DNA from: Octopus sinensis
Lineage: Eukaryota
Assembly: GCF_006345805.1 (NCBI RefSeq)
Contig: NC_043002.1
Location: forward strand, 85,498,001 to 85,562,000
Length of the DNA: 64,000 nt
Direction: 5' to 3'
Shown: positions 10,861-23,935 of the stretch, in pieces
How positions within the stretch are numbered: position 1 is the stretch's first letter
How the letters are laid out: each line of letters opens with the position of its first letter
The notes under the pieces: model-generated
What the model saw: the letters and a program-made list of their open reading frames with translations, nothing else
Told to the model about the DNA's origin: nothing
Database searches by the model: none
Position numbers and translations under genes: made by a program

Positions 10861-12462
10861 ATGGCAGCAAGCTGGCAGAATCATTAGCATATCAGACAAA
10901 ATGCTTAGTGGCATTTCTTCTGGCTCTATATGTTCTGAGTTCAAATTCCACTGAGGTCAACTTTGCCTTTGCTTTCTATCCTTTCCTGGTCAATAAAATA
11001 AGTACCAACTGAGACCTGGAATTGCTGTAGACTGACCTACCCCCTCCCCTAAAATCTGGCCTTGTACCAAAATTTGAAACCATTATTATGAAGGCGGTGA
11101 GTTGGCAGAAACATTAGCACCCCGGGCAAAATGCTTAGTGGCATTTCATCTGTCTTTACATTCTGAGTACAAATTCTGCCTATGTAGACGTTGCCTTTCA
11201 TCCTTTCAGGATCGATAAATTAAGTACTAGTTGTGTACAGGGGTCGATCTGACAATGTCAACAACATTGATGATCTCTATGGTCAACCAGAAACTCTCAA
11301 AAGTGGTGCCCCAGTATGGCTACATTCAAATACCTTCAAAATTAAACTCCCCTCAAAACCTAACTTCCCTAGAATCCTTCTGTATTTACTGTTTTAATGC
11401 CTTCTAATCGATTTATTAGTTTCAAATTTGGATACAAGACCAGCAGTTTCAAGGGTGGGGGTAAGTCAATTATATCAACTCCAATACTCAGCTAATACTT
11501 GCTTTATCAACCCCCATATAAATGAAAGGCAAAAGAAAAAAAAATCAACCTTGGCAGAATTTAAACTCAGAACATAAAGTCAGATGAAATGCCACTAAGC
11601 ACTTTACCTAGTATGCAAACAATTGTGCCAACTTGTTACCTTGCCTTTATAATTAATGTATTACTCAACAGTTTTCATGCTTTGTATATATTTGTCAAAA
11701 ATCTCTTTTGTATCATATTATATAAATGAAAGAAAAATTAATGGAAGAATTTAATGTCATTAAACACCCAGCTAACATTAAATTTTCAATAATCTGTAGA
11801 GCTATTCCCTTCTTTTATTCTTTATTGTTTTATACAAAGTCAGAATTTTGGAAAATGATCTAAAGGTATTGATGATATCAAATAGATTTGTTTTAGCTTT
11901 CCATATATATTTTTTGTTTTTATTGAAGAATTAATCATTTAAATATCTTCATAATACTTTATATTAAATAAAACAAAACAAAAAAAAAATGGAAGAGGAC
12001 ATTTTATAATATTCTCTGAAATGTGGTGTTGTCACTAGAAATGGTAGAACTTGTGGACAAGATATTTTGCAGTATTTACTCCAACTCTGTGCATTCTGAG
12101 TTCAAATTTTGTCAGGTTCATTTTTGCCTTTCATCCTCCCAGAGTTGATAAAATAAAATACCAGTCAAGTACAGGTATTCATTAAACAATTAATAATACC
12201 CTCCCAACAAATTTATGGACTTGTATCATTAAGGTGGCAAGCTGGCAGAATTGTTAGCATGTGGGGCAAAATGCTTTGCAGTATTTTATCCATCCTTATA
12301 TTCTGAGTTCAAATTCCGCTGAGATCAACTTTTCCTTTCATCCTTGCGGGGTCAATAAATTAAGTACCAGTGAAACACTGGGGTCGATGTAATCAACTAG
12401 TCTCCTTTCCCAGAATTTATGGCCTTGATCCTTTAGTAGAAAGGATTATTATGATTATTATG

Positions 12463-12495
<33 letters not shown>

Positions 12496-12752
12496 GAGAA
12501 GCCATAGATTGGTAGAATTATTAAAGCATTGAAAGAACTAACTTACAGTATTTCTTCAAGCACTTTATGTCCTAAGTTCAAACCTTGCCAAGGTCAACAT
12601 TTTGCCTTACTTTTATTATTATCATTACCATATAAGGCAACAAGCTGGCAGAATTGTTAGCAGACCTGGCAAAATGCTTAGCGGCATTTTGTCAATCTTT
12701 ATGTTCTGAGTTCAAACTCCGCCATGGTCAACTTTGCCCTTCATCCTTTTAA
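10861..12752 (+). mobile_element. Cluster of SINE family C copies (10861, 11091, 12035, 12231, 12635 on +; 11440-11640 on -)
   Basis: Repeated gcaagctggcagaat...ttctgagttcaaattcc...ctttgcctttcatcc...aagtacca core. Confidence 0.85.
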
Positions 12753-14874
12753 GCACAGTCAGACATGATCAAAGACCTTCCAATCATGACCACCCTGTCT
12801 TTTTATGGATATGTTAGACTACATTTTCTCATATGTCAGTCACTTCTTTGCTCATTTCTACTGAAATATTGTGTTATAGGCACCTCCTATAAAACTCTCT
12901 CTTGAGCCTTAATGTATACTCACATGAAAGTATAAAGTGCATATAGCAATGCCCAATTTGTCATAAATTCTTCAAACATGTATGTTTATTGTGAATGTAG
13001 TGAATATCTAGCTTTTGTTCAATTCTCTTTACTTTCATTGACAAAGATTGTCCAGTTCATTAGTTTTGCATTTTTATATCAATTCTTTTAGTCAGACACC
13101 CTGCTTGAAATTTCTTAGTTCTCTTATATAAACAACACACTGATATTGCTCTATAGATTCAGAGAGAGATTTTACTTTAAACCATTTCTATAGAATCACT
13201 GCATAAATTGTTTACTCACAAAAAGGCGGGATATCTTTGAAGCAATTTCTGGCCAAGTACTGGAAATCTGAATGACTTTCCTGTGATCACACCACCATAT
13301 AATGCTAACATGTATTGGTGTAGTTTGATGTTTTGCATTCAACATTTGCTTTGGTTTCCATTGTTTTGTCAGTGAAAGCAGCTATAATAAACTTTTGCTC
13401 CCCATTTCTGTGAATTACATTTAAGCTTCTCATCATCAGAATTTTCAATTCAGCCTCAATGTTGTGCAATAAAATATGTCTTTGTCTGCAACACTGCACA
13501 TAAAATATGCATAATGTACACATGCACATGCATACACATACACACTGCGGTTGTAGATATCTCCTGCCACTCCCTTGTTCCTTTCATTATATCATGCTAA
13601 TTAAATTACAACTTGTTTAGCCCATCTCAGCCCTTAGCAAAGCAGATCTCTTTATGATCAAAGTTGTTCCATTAGAGACCATCTCATCTTTTTGTAAATG
13701 TAAATTTTTGCTTTTTTTAAAATTTTTTATTATTATTATAGTGGGATATCATTTGAAGATTATTTGCCTACCATTTCTAGCAAGTTGAATGACTAGATAA
13801 AGGTCAGTCCTCAACAAGCAGATCTTCTCCTGCTATTTATGATCAGTGATTATCCCATCCTTTTGTAAATGTAGGGATTTTCATTTTCGGTATGTCAGGA
13901 TGTCTTTTGAAGAATATTTGACTGCTATTTCTAGTATACTGGAAGACTGCATTGAGGTATACATTTCAAAGATGGCTGGAGAGTTTAATGGAGATTTTGC
14001 TGCTAAACTGAGTGACTTTGAAGAAATTGTTTCAACGGTAAACAATATTTAACATATAGACTGAACTTAGGCATTTGGTCTTGACAGACAGTTCAGCACT
14101 GTTACTGCAGGAACTTAGTTTTGACAGATAGTTCAGCAACTTGACCCCAAAACCACAATATTCCTCTAAACCAACAGATTTTTGCAAAAGAAAGACAAGG
14201 AAGTGAAGGGGAAAAAATGAAAATTATATTTTTCACTAAACCTTATGGATTAGTTAACCAAAACAAGGAAAAGAAGACAAAAACGAATCTGGTTGGAATT
14301 GCAAATTCTTCCATGCCTATGTTTATTACCTCTGTGACTATGTTGCTTCTGTTGTTAATATAAAAATTATTGCCAATTACTGTCAGTCTTTCATTTTATT
14401 TCTTTCCTTCCTGTTTTTTCTTTTTACTTCTTCCCCTTCAATATTTTCTTTTCTTTTCCAACATATTTTCTGCAATGTTTTTCTCCATAGAAATTCTATT
14501 CTTTTGTTTTGCATAGATCCATGGGTTTTTTTTTTTCAATGTAGACATTGGCAATTTCATATTATTACTTTCTGTTTCTTGGGGAAAAAAATAAGACAAA
14601 GGAAAACGAATTTTAATTTTTTTTTTTATTCATCTTATTCTTTTTGGCAATTTGCAATGTTTTGAATCTCTTTCATAACTGACGTTGCTGTTGCTGTTGC
14701 TCTGCTACTGTTGGTGATGATGATGATGATGATGGTGGTGGATGTGGTTTTGGTGGTGGTGATGATGATGATGAAGAAGATGATAGTGTCGATAGTGTTG
14801 TTAGAGACTATGGAGATTAATAGACCAGATTATAATAATAGTAATGTTAATGTCAACAATTATTATTGAGTGAG

Positions 14875-15345
14875 AGAGCAGTGCATGCCATCAAAGTGAT
14901 ACTGGGGTAAAATATATGCAGCCCAGTATACCCATCATGACTACCCGTCTGATAAGGGTATACTAGGTACATGCATCACAACCATGTGTGTGCGACATGG
15001 TGATCTCATATCAAGATAAACAGCACATGACCTTGGAGGTGGGGGCTGAGTTAGAATTTTCTTCTGGTCAAGTAGCCCATTCCACTCAAGAGGTCCCTGA
15101 ATAAGGGTTGTTTAATGATGTTGAACGAAACACCCATGATTCCAGCGGTGAATTATCCAAACCCCAAAGAATCCCTCTCAACACATGGCTATGATGCTCC
15201 CCCACTACTTCTGCTCATGATCAGAGATGCACATATTGTCAGCCACTAAGGGACATGCTCAACTGGTTATGGTCAAACAACTGACAAGCAAAACTGGTAT
15301 TCAGCAGAATATTTGCTGTAGCCCATCTTTTATACCAAGACAAAT
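14875..15345. mobile_element. Unclassified interspersed repeat
   Basis: GC-richer block between (ATT)n tracts with no ORF; familiar as an octopod repeat from recall, class not determinable. Confidence 0.4.
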
Positions 15346-15382
15346 TATTTTTATTTTTATTACTTTTATTATTATTATTATT

Positions 15383-16014
15383 CAGTAGTATTTTTATAGC
15401 ATGCTTTCACTTCACTACCGAGCACAGCTCTGTGTGCTTTGGGTATGTGTTGTGATTTGTTGTGGTGTTCTGATGGTTACTGTATTGAAAGTGTTTTGCG
15501 TAGGATGTGTGCAGTGCCCAGTAGTGCAATTTTCTGCATGTTATATGTGTTTGTAAGTCCTGGTATTTTTGTTATGTATTTGTCTGAATATTTTTTTATC
15601 ATACCTAATGCGCCTACTATGATAGGGATTGTTTCTATTTTTAGATTCCACATTCAAGTTACCTCTATTTCCTGGTCTTTGTATTTTGAAAGTTTCTCCA
15701 TTTCTTTTACAGACACGTTGTTATCTGCTGGTATTGATACATCAATTAGAAAGCATTTTTTTTCTTCCTGATCTCTGACAACTATATCTGGCCTGTTGGC
15801 CTCAATTTCTCTATCTGTGTGTATTGGCATATCCCAGAGTATGGTTGCTTTCTCGTTTTCTGTGACCTTTTCTGGTGTGTGCTTATACCATATTTTTTTC
15901 TGTTGTTATTCCATAATGTTGGCATAGCTTCCAGTGTATGTAGGTCCCAACTCTGTCGTGTCTGTGAATATATTCCTTGGTCCCAACTCTGTCGTGTCTG
16001 TGAATTTATTCCTT
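15383..16014 (-). mobile_element. R4/Dong-clade non-LTR retrotransposon, 5'-truncated (restriction-like endonuclease end + 3' UTR)
   Basis: Minus translation EYIHRHDRVGTYIHWKLCQHYG/WYKHTPEKVTENEKATILWDMPIHTDREIEANRPDIVVRD...FLIDVSIPADNNVSVKEMEKLSKYKD...IPIIVGALG...QKIALLGTAHILRK; stop at 15477-79; one frameshift (~15895) and one internal stop (15654-56); flanked by (TAA)n on both sides. Confidence 0.9.
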
Positions 16015-16077
16015 TTATTATTATTATTATTATTATTATATTATTATTATTATATTATTATTATTATCATTATTATT

Positions 16078-16310
16078 GTCCCCTCATCCTTTGACCTGAT
16101 GGCAAATAAAAGAAATCATCATGCTGGGCAAAATGCTTAGCAGAATTTCATCCATCTTAACATTCTGTGTTCAGATTCTGCTGGGGTCAACTTCACCTTT
16201 CATCCTTCCAGGATTGATAAAATGGGTACCAGTTGAACACTGGGGTTGATGAAATTGGCTTGCCACCTCCCCTGAAATTTTAGGCCCTTGTGCTTCTAGT
16301 AGAAAGGATA

Positions 16311-16352
<42 letters not shown>

Positions 16353-16780
16353 TTTTTTATTATTATTTTATGGCAGCAAGCTGTCAGAATCATTAGCTTG
16401 CCAGGAAAAATGCTTAGTAGTATTTTGTCTGTCTTTATGTTCTGAGTTCAAATTCCACTGAGGTTGACTTTACCTTTCATCCATTCAGGGTTGATAAAAT
16501 AAATACCAATTGAGCACTGGGATCGATGTAATCGACTTAGCTCCCTCCTTGAAATGGCTGGCCTTGTGCCAAAATTTGAAACCATTATTGTTGTTGTTGT
16601 TATTATTAGTATCATTATTATTATTATTATTATTTTAAATTTTGTTAGTCTTGTTTACACACAAAACCCTCACAACACACACTCAGACACATACACACAC
16701 ACACACACACACTTTGTTTTGTCCTGTATTGTCCATGTTTTTCTTAATGTAAACCCTTGTGGTTAATAAGGAAATCATTA

Positions 16781-16820
<40 letters not shown>

Positions 16821-16831
16821 CATCGTTATTA

Positions 16832-16865
<34 letters not shown>

Positions 16866-17253
16866 CATCGTTATTATTGTTATTATTATTATTATTATTA
16901 TCATTATTATTATTATTATTATCATTATTGTTATTATTATCATTATTATTATCATTATCATCATCATCATTATTATTATTATTATTTATTATTATTATTA
17001 TTATTATTATCATTATTATTGTCCCCTCATCCTTTGACCTGATGGCAAATAAAAGAAATCATCATGCTGGGCAAAATGCTTAGCAGAATTTCATCCATCT
17101 TAACATTCTGTGTTCAGATTCTGCTGGGGTCAACTTCACCTTTCATCCTTCCAGGATTGATAAAATGGGTACCAGTTGAACACTGGGGTTGATGAAATTG
17201 GCTTGCCACCTCCCCTGAAATTTTAGGCCCTTGTGCTTCTAGTAGAAAGGATA

Positions 17254-17292
<39 letters not shown>

Positions 17293-17719
17293 TTTTTTTT
17301 AATTATTATTTTATGGCAGCAAGCTGTCAGAATCATTAGCTTGCCAGGAAAAATGCTTAGTAGTATTTTGTCTGTCTTTATGTTCTGAGTTCAAATTCCA
17401 CTGAGGTTGACTTTACCTTTCATCCATTCAGGGTTGATAAAATAAATACCAATTGAGCACCGGGATCGATGTAATCGACTTAGCTCCCTCCTTGAAATGG
17501 CTGGCCTTGTGCCAAAATTTGAAACCATTATTGTTGTTGTTGTTATTATTAGTATCATTATTATTATTATTATTATTTTAAATTTTGTTAGTCTTGTTTA
17601 CACACAAAACCCTCACAACACACACTCAGACACATACACACACACACACACTTTGTTTTGTCCTGTATTGTCCATGTTTTTCTTAATGTAAACCCTTGTG
17701 GTTAATAAGGAAATCATTA

Positions 17720-17759
<40 letters not shown>

Positions 17760-17770
17760 CATCGTTATTA

Positions 17771-17804
<34 letters not shown>

Positions 17805-17963
17805 CATCGTTATTATTGTTATTATTATTATTATTATTATCATTATTATTATTATTATTATCATTATTGTTATTATTATCATTATTATTATCATTATCAT
17901 CATCATCATTATTATTATTATTATTATTATTACTATTATTATTATTATTACAATCTATGTTGG
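16078..17963. repeat. Near-identical tandem duplication, period 943 bp, each unit holding two SINE C copies and (ATT)n/(CA)n tracts
   Basis: gtcccctcatcc at 16078 and 17021; one SNP (T16518/C17461); CA tract differs by 4 nt; identical interruption pattern in the (ATT)n tracts. Confidence 0.95.
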
Positions 17964-18944
17964 TGCCTATCAGGTAATACTTGCCAAAAAGAACATCCCA
18001 TCTCATTTCTAAGAATAGCTTGCAGTTGATCTGTCAGAAATAATTTGGTATCAGTCTGCAGAAGCCTACAGGCTAAGACTGTATGCTGTATTCCTGATAG
18101 GTGCTTCACCTAACCGACAAAGCTTTTCCTATCTATCTATCTATGCTTTCCAAAGATAACTAAAAATTTTACTTTATAAACTTCCTCACATTTTATTTGA
18201 TTGAATCTTCTCTATAAAAAGTCATGCCATAAGACTAATATTGTTTTAGTTAGGAAACATACTTGTATACACACACAGAGACTAATATACATACAAGTAG
18301 GGTAATCTGTCTTGTATATAGAATATGTGCATTTGTGTGTTTTTTATGTAGTGCTTATGAAACGCCTATGTGCGATTATGACTGGATGTTTATGGTTTTG
18401 TTATTAGCGTATGTGCACATCTGTGTATAAATGTCCTTAATGTGTTATTGTACTTTCCTGTTTCCATACTGTCAGCAAGTGTTGAATCATTCCCGTTCAA
18501 CAAACACACAGAGTTTGAATTCGCTTTCTCCCCTCTTTCCTCATGTACTCTTTCTCTCTCTCTCTCCCTCTTTCACACAAATAATACACATGTATGCAAT
18601 AAAAGAAAGCAGTATATTTACAAACATTTCTATTTCTAAAAACACTCATGTCTGTATAAAATACCATGTGTCACCAGGTTATTAGAATAGAAAAGGGAAA
18701 AAAAACAAAGGAAATTTTTAACCATTTCAGTAGTGTTTCTATCTATTTGACTTTCTGTGTGTGTCTCATTCTCCCTTCATACTGTGATATGTGTGTATGT
18801 GTGTGTTTGTGTATTGGGTTGAAGAATAATTTATGAGCATTTTTTTCAAATTTTTCGTTTTTATATTTGTTTATTTGAATTCATTGTTTATTTGAATTGA
18901 TTACATGTGTGTGTGTGTCTGTGTCCTTGAGGTCAAAATTTCCA

Positions 18945-19275
18945 TTTTTAAAACTCATAAACCAACCATAGTACTTTGAAGCATTGCTCCTTCTCCATAC
19001 ACAGCACAAATCTCATGAGCAACTTTGGTGGCCTTAACACCCCAATTAAATGCAAAAAGCCAACGGTGTCAAAAATGCTCAGTTTTGTCCACTTGTCATT
19101 CCATTTTAATGATCTGAAAATACACAAGAATCAATAATATCAAAGAATCAAAACACACCATCTTGTAGAGCAAAAAATTCTCTTTTAAATTACAAAACAT
19201 TTTGCTAATGCATTTTATTTCTACATGCATTTTTAAATTTGAAAAAAAACGTTCATGAATTATTCCTCACTCCAG
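18945..19275 (-). mobile_element. mariner relic, 5' end and transposase N-terminus
   Basis: Minus translation ME*QVDKTEHF*HRWLFAFNWGVKATKVAHEICAVYGEGA matches the mariner HTH start; terminus TA-ctggagtgaggaataattcatg at 19275. Confidence 0.8.
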
Positions 19276-19280
19276 TATAT

Positions 19281-19651
19281 AACAAGAGCATTCAGAAAGG
19301 GCAAGTTTCCACCAAACAAAGCCAACGTCCTCTCAAAGATTAGTCAGAGATGATTTTTAAAATGAGAATATCTGAAATAAACTCAACTGCTCTCACAAAC
19401 GAAAATAGTAAAAATGAACCCGACCTCTCTCAAAAATTAAGTAAGAAAAACAGGAAAAATAATCCAAAATCCTTGTCCGGTACCAGATCGATCCCAAAAT
19501 CTAACCAGTTCGTACCAGTCAAGATACTAAACATCCCTGAAAGTTTCATCCGAATCCATCCAGCAGGTCTTGAGATATCTTGTCCATGGACAGACAAACA
19601 AGCAAACATGACTGAAAGCAATACCTCTGCCTTCACTAAGGCAGAAGTAAT
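19281..19651 (+). mobile_element. Helentron-associated non-autonomous element (HINE/DINE-1-like)
   Basis: Starts aacaagagc; subterminal inverted motif gcattcag(19288)/ctgaaagc(19612); short gaca/aaac microsatellite; 3' hairpin ctgcctt-cact-aaggcag followed by gtaatt. Confidence 0.7.
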
Positions 19652-20159
19652 TGTATATGTATATATGTTGTGTGTGTGCATATATGTGTATGTGTGTCCA
19701 TATATATATATATATATTTGGTTCATATAATTATGTTTTTGTGTGACTGGCTTTTCATACCAAATGTTTTTGTCAGTGATTCAGCATTACCAGCTTCACA
19801 TTGGTTTCTATTGCACCTTTGTTTTGTGTGGACAGTCAGTCACTCTATTTATGTGTAGTCATAATCAAAGTCCTTTTTGAGGCTGCATTTTATATCCAGA
19901 CGCCCTTCACAACAATAACACTTTAAGTCATTATATTACAATGAGGTTTATGATGCTTTTATTCAAAACTAGTGACACATGGTTTAGGACTTATACACTT
20001 GAAGCACAGGTAATGAATATGGGTGGGAGGGAAGATTGGAAAGAATGGAATTGAGAATGATACAGTAATGATTATTACTAAGAGATTATTACTAAGATTG
20101 GAAAGAATGGAATTGAGAAGGATTCAGTAATGTATAGATTATTACTAAGAGCGAAGAAA

Positions 20160-20480
20160 CCACAAACAAACGAAAATGAATTACAGAGGATGAGGGAAAT
20201 AAAACCAGTGCTGGATTTTGTGAAGAGAAATGGGATAAGATGATTGAGTCATGCGCTAATGAAGGATGAAAGTGACTGGGTGAGCAGAGAGATGGAAATG
20301 AATGAGAAAGGATGTAGAGAAAGACAAAAACTGTTAATGACATTGCTAAAGGTGAACAGAAGAGGAAACAAAGGCAAAAAGCTTGGTGAAGGGTATGTAG
20401 ACTGTGGAGTAAAATGAAGACTGCTATGAGACCTGCAAGATTAACTGCTTCATCAGCACGGAAAATGACCATAAAAGCAA
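20160..20480 (+). mobile_element. Decayed RTE-clade LINE 3' end
   Basis: NENELQRMREIKPVLDFVKRNGIR*LSHALMKDESDWVSREMEM resembles NEELR...RLRWFGHVLRK..NDWV of RTE C-termini. Confidence 0.55.
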
Positions 20481-20699
20481 TTGTTGTTTGTTATTGTATT
20501 TAGTCTTTTGTTCTGATATTTAGCACTTTCTGAAAAGTAGTTCTGTACTAATGGAGACAAAGTTGTACAGCACATCTAATGAAAAACTTGTCATTTTTAT
20601 GTTGCTTCTACTGTTTGTAACACTTTGTAGTATATATGTACAATTAAATGAACTGATCATTGTTGAGTACATGCTTTTGAAGAAGAGGATATTAATCAT

Positions 20700-21015
20700 T
20701 TCATCATCATCATCAGCATCATTTAGCATCCACTTTCCATGCTAGCATGGGTTGGACGGTTCAACTGGGGTCTGGGAAGCCAGAAGTCTGCACCAGGCCC
20801 AGTCTGATCTGGCAATGTTTCTATGGCTGGATGCCCTTCCTAACGCCAACCACTCCGTGAGTGTAGTGGGTGCTTTTTACTTGCCACTGGCACAGGTGCC
20901 AGACGAGGCTGGCAAACGGCCATGATTGGATGGTGCTTTTTATGTGCCACCGGCACGGAGGCCAGGTGAGGCTGGCAACGGCCATGATCAGATGGTGCTT
21001 TTTACATGCCTCCAT
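20700..21015 (-). mobile_element. SINE family A
   Basis: (cat)n-ttagcatccactttccatgctagcatgggttggacgg... Confidence 0.88.
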
Positions 21016-21930
21016 CTAATAAAAATTATTTATGTTAGCCTATGGATTTTGCAGGCCCTTCATACCTAGGGAAACAGATGCAATGGTCTTCAACTAAATC
21101 AGTTACAAGTTGACAAATGCAGGGAAAACATTGACAAGGAGGACATTTTGAAAGGAAAAGTTAGGTATATTAGATGACCTCAGCCATTTGCATTATTATT
21201 GTTGTAAGGGCAGTGGAGTGGAAGATCAATAGTGAGTCAGATAAATGCTTCGCAACATTTGTTCTGGCTCTTTATGTTCTCAGTTCCAGTCTCATCATGG
21301 TCAACTTTACTTTCCATCTCTCTGGAGTTGATAGAATATTGTACCAGCCAAGTGCTTGGGTTAGTGATATTCATTAACCCCTCCCCTCAAATTACTAGTC
21401 CTGTGTGTGACTCTAATCAGTTGTATTTGAATGTGTGACAGTTGCACAACTGAATATTTTGTTTGACAGGCATTAATAACAGACATAAAATGAGGCTCTC
21501 CACAGATTTACAACTTAGGATATATCAATTCTACTTTAAAGATAGCATAGAACTGGAGCAGATGTAGATGATGCTTTGAACAGGTTGTTTAGCCTCTAAT
21601 CACTCCTAATTGAGTAAACCTATAACTAAAGTTGTTTCAGTTCGGAGGACCCTATCTTTTTTTATATTATAGGGATTACACAGTATTCTTTTCTTTAAAT
21701 TGGTAGGTTGCAGTTCAAAAGTAATCTGGCTGTTATTTCTAGTAACAAATGATGTCATGGAGGCTGTTTTGTTTTTAAATTAAACAAACTGATCCTCAAT
21801 GTTAAAGTTCTGTTGTCATTGTTATGGATATTGGTGGTGGACTAAGGACTACTGTTGTAGTTAAGGGTGGTGTTAGTATTGGTGTTATCTTTGTTGTTCA
21901 TGATGTTGATGCTGATGGTATTATCAAGTA

Positions 21931-22144
21931 TTAGGTGGCGAGCTGGCAGAAATGCTGAGCGGTATTTCGTCTGCCGCTACGTTCTGAGTTCAAATTCTGC
22001 TGAGGCCGACTTTGCCTTTCATCCTTTCGGGGTCGATTAAATAAGTACCAGTTACGCACTGGGGTCGATATAATCGACTTAATCCATTTGTCTGTCCTCG
22101 TTTGTCCTCTCTGTGTTTAGCCCCTTGTGGGTAGTAAAGAAATA
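21931..22144 (+). mobile_element. SINE family C, full-length, 14-bp TSD
   Basis: TSD ggtattatcaagta at 21917-21930 and 22145-22158. Confidence 0.92.
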
Positions 22145-23294
22145 GGTATTATCAAGTAAATGTTTTTCTGACCAAATTTATATTGATTACTTAAGCCTTG
22201 GGAATTACAAATCTTCACAAGTCCATCTCAACTTCATTTCACCTTTGAATCGTGGTTGCTTATTCAGATCTGAGAAATCTGAATATGCTGCTTCATCTAT
22301 CCCAAATCTTTCAGCAATCAACTTGCAATACTGTCAGTCTAAAGACTACCATCTTTTTATGTAACTTCTCTACAATATCTGACAATCTAATAAAATGTGG
22401 TTAGTTTTAACAAATGATGCTTTCTTTATGATGGCTACATTTATCTGGATTTGCATGCTAATGAGTGAAGCACCAAACCTTAGGGGATCATTCCTCCAAG
22501 AAAGACAGGATTACCTCAGAGAGAACACAGATTGAACAATTTTTCAATCATCTAATTCTTACCAAAGAGCTGTTTAGGCAGAACTGATTGTAACTATTCA
22601 ATATTAATGACAAGAATAATGGAAAAGTATTCAAAAACATATTTATCAACTGAAGAATTTATATTCAGCTTAAAGTGAGAGCAAGATAGATCTATGACTG
22701 ATGAAATAAGAACTAAAAAAAAATAAAGGAGCCTGTCACAGCTTTTATATAACCATAGCTACAGATACACTATTTGGAACAAACTCAAGGAATCTTTGTT
22801 CTTATCTGGAAATATTAATTCTCCAATCTACTACCACACTTAGCAGATGAAGATAATGATCAAGAGAATAAGAATTTTGAAAATAACACAAATATTTTTC
22901 TGAAACCAAAACCATGAACCAAATGTTTGATTGTCTAGGGAATATATTTTGTTGTGATTCTAAAATCATCATCTTATCAAAACATATTACTGTCAATTTC
23001 TTAAAACAAGCGATAGAATGGCAAATATTGCAGAGCGCTGCACTAAATGCATCACATAGCATTATTTATTTTCATTTCTCTGTTCTGAGTTCAAATCCTA
23101 TGAGGCATGATTTTGCTTTTCATTACACCTAGGTGGTTGATAATGAAGTAAAGAACCAAGTATATGATGCAGGTGTTGATTTTTTGAAAATATTTGGCTT
23201 GTAACCAAAGTAAAAAACAAAATAAGAAACAAGAAACAATTATTATCTAACAATAAATGTGGTTGGAAGAGATCTTATAACCAAACAAAATATA

Positions 23295-23935
23295 TTGGGT
23301 TGTCCGGAAAGTTTGTGCTGATTTATAGTAGCTTACCTTTCAACTTATTTTAGACCTTCATTTAGAGTACAGTTTAAGCTATCTTTTCGTGGAAGAGGTT
23401 TATATTCCTATAACCTGTGTTAATTCTGTAACCCTTTAAAATGGAAGATAAGAAAGATGCTTTTCTTTTTCCATAAAGAGAAAAAATGCCCCACAAGCAA
23501 CCAAAGAAATATGCGCAGTTTACGGTGATGTTTCTTTATCCGAAAGAACTATACAGAAGTGGTTTGCAAGGTTTCAAGCTGGAGATTGTAGCCTTATTGA
23601 TAAAGAGCAATCAGGCAGACCATCCATTACAGATGATGACCAAATCAAGTCATTAATTGAGAATAATCCACATTGCACAACCTGAAAATCGGCAGAAAGC
23701 CTCAACCTACCAAAATCCATTGTTCATGAGCACCTGGTAAAGCTTGGGTGCACAAATCGCTACGATGTTTGGGTACCACATGAGTTGAACGTGCCTTTTT
23801 TTAAAGCAAATTGTGACAGGTGATGAGAAATGGATTATCTACTGAAATGTTCAGAGAAAGCGAACCTGAAGAGAACCATCTCTTCGGTTATCTAGTCATC
23901 TCCAAACTCAGAGTTTTATCTTGGCTACCGAATAA
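23295..23935 (+). mobile_element. mariner element relic (internally deleted transposase pseudogene)
   Basis: TA-ttgggttgtccggaaag terminus; KEICAVYGDVSLSERTIQKWFARFQAGDCSLIDKEQSGRP...YDVWVPHEL...QIVTGDEKWIIY (WVPHEL motif and first catalytic Asp); stops and frameshifts. Confidence 0.92.

Noticed and set aside
13200-13500. Minus-strand coding-like patch (IIWWCDH...WPEIASKISRLF)
   Set aside because: Only faint resemblance to a hAT dimerisation domain; stops in all frames; not enough to call
16683-18006. Poly-N/poly-I/poly-L ORFs
   Set aside because: (ATT)n microsatellites are stop-free in several frames; not coding
19350-19730. 126-aa ORF MIFKMRISE...
   Set aside because: Lies within the HINE-type repeat and ends in a microsatellite; no protein motif
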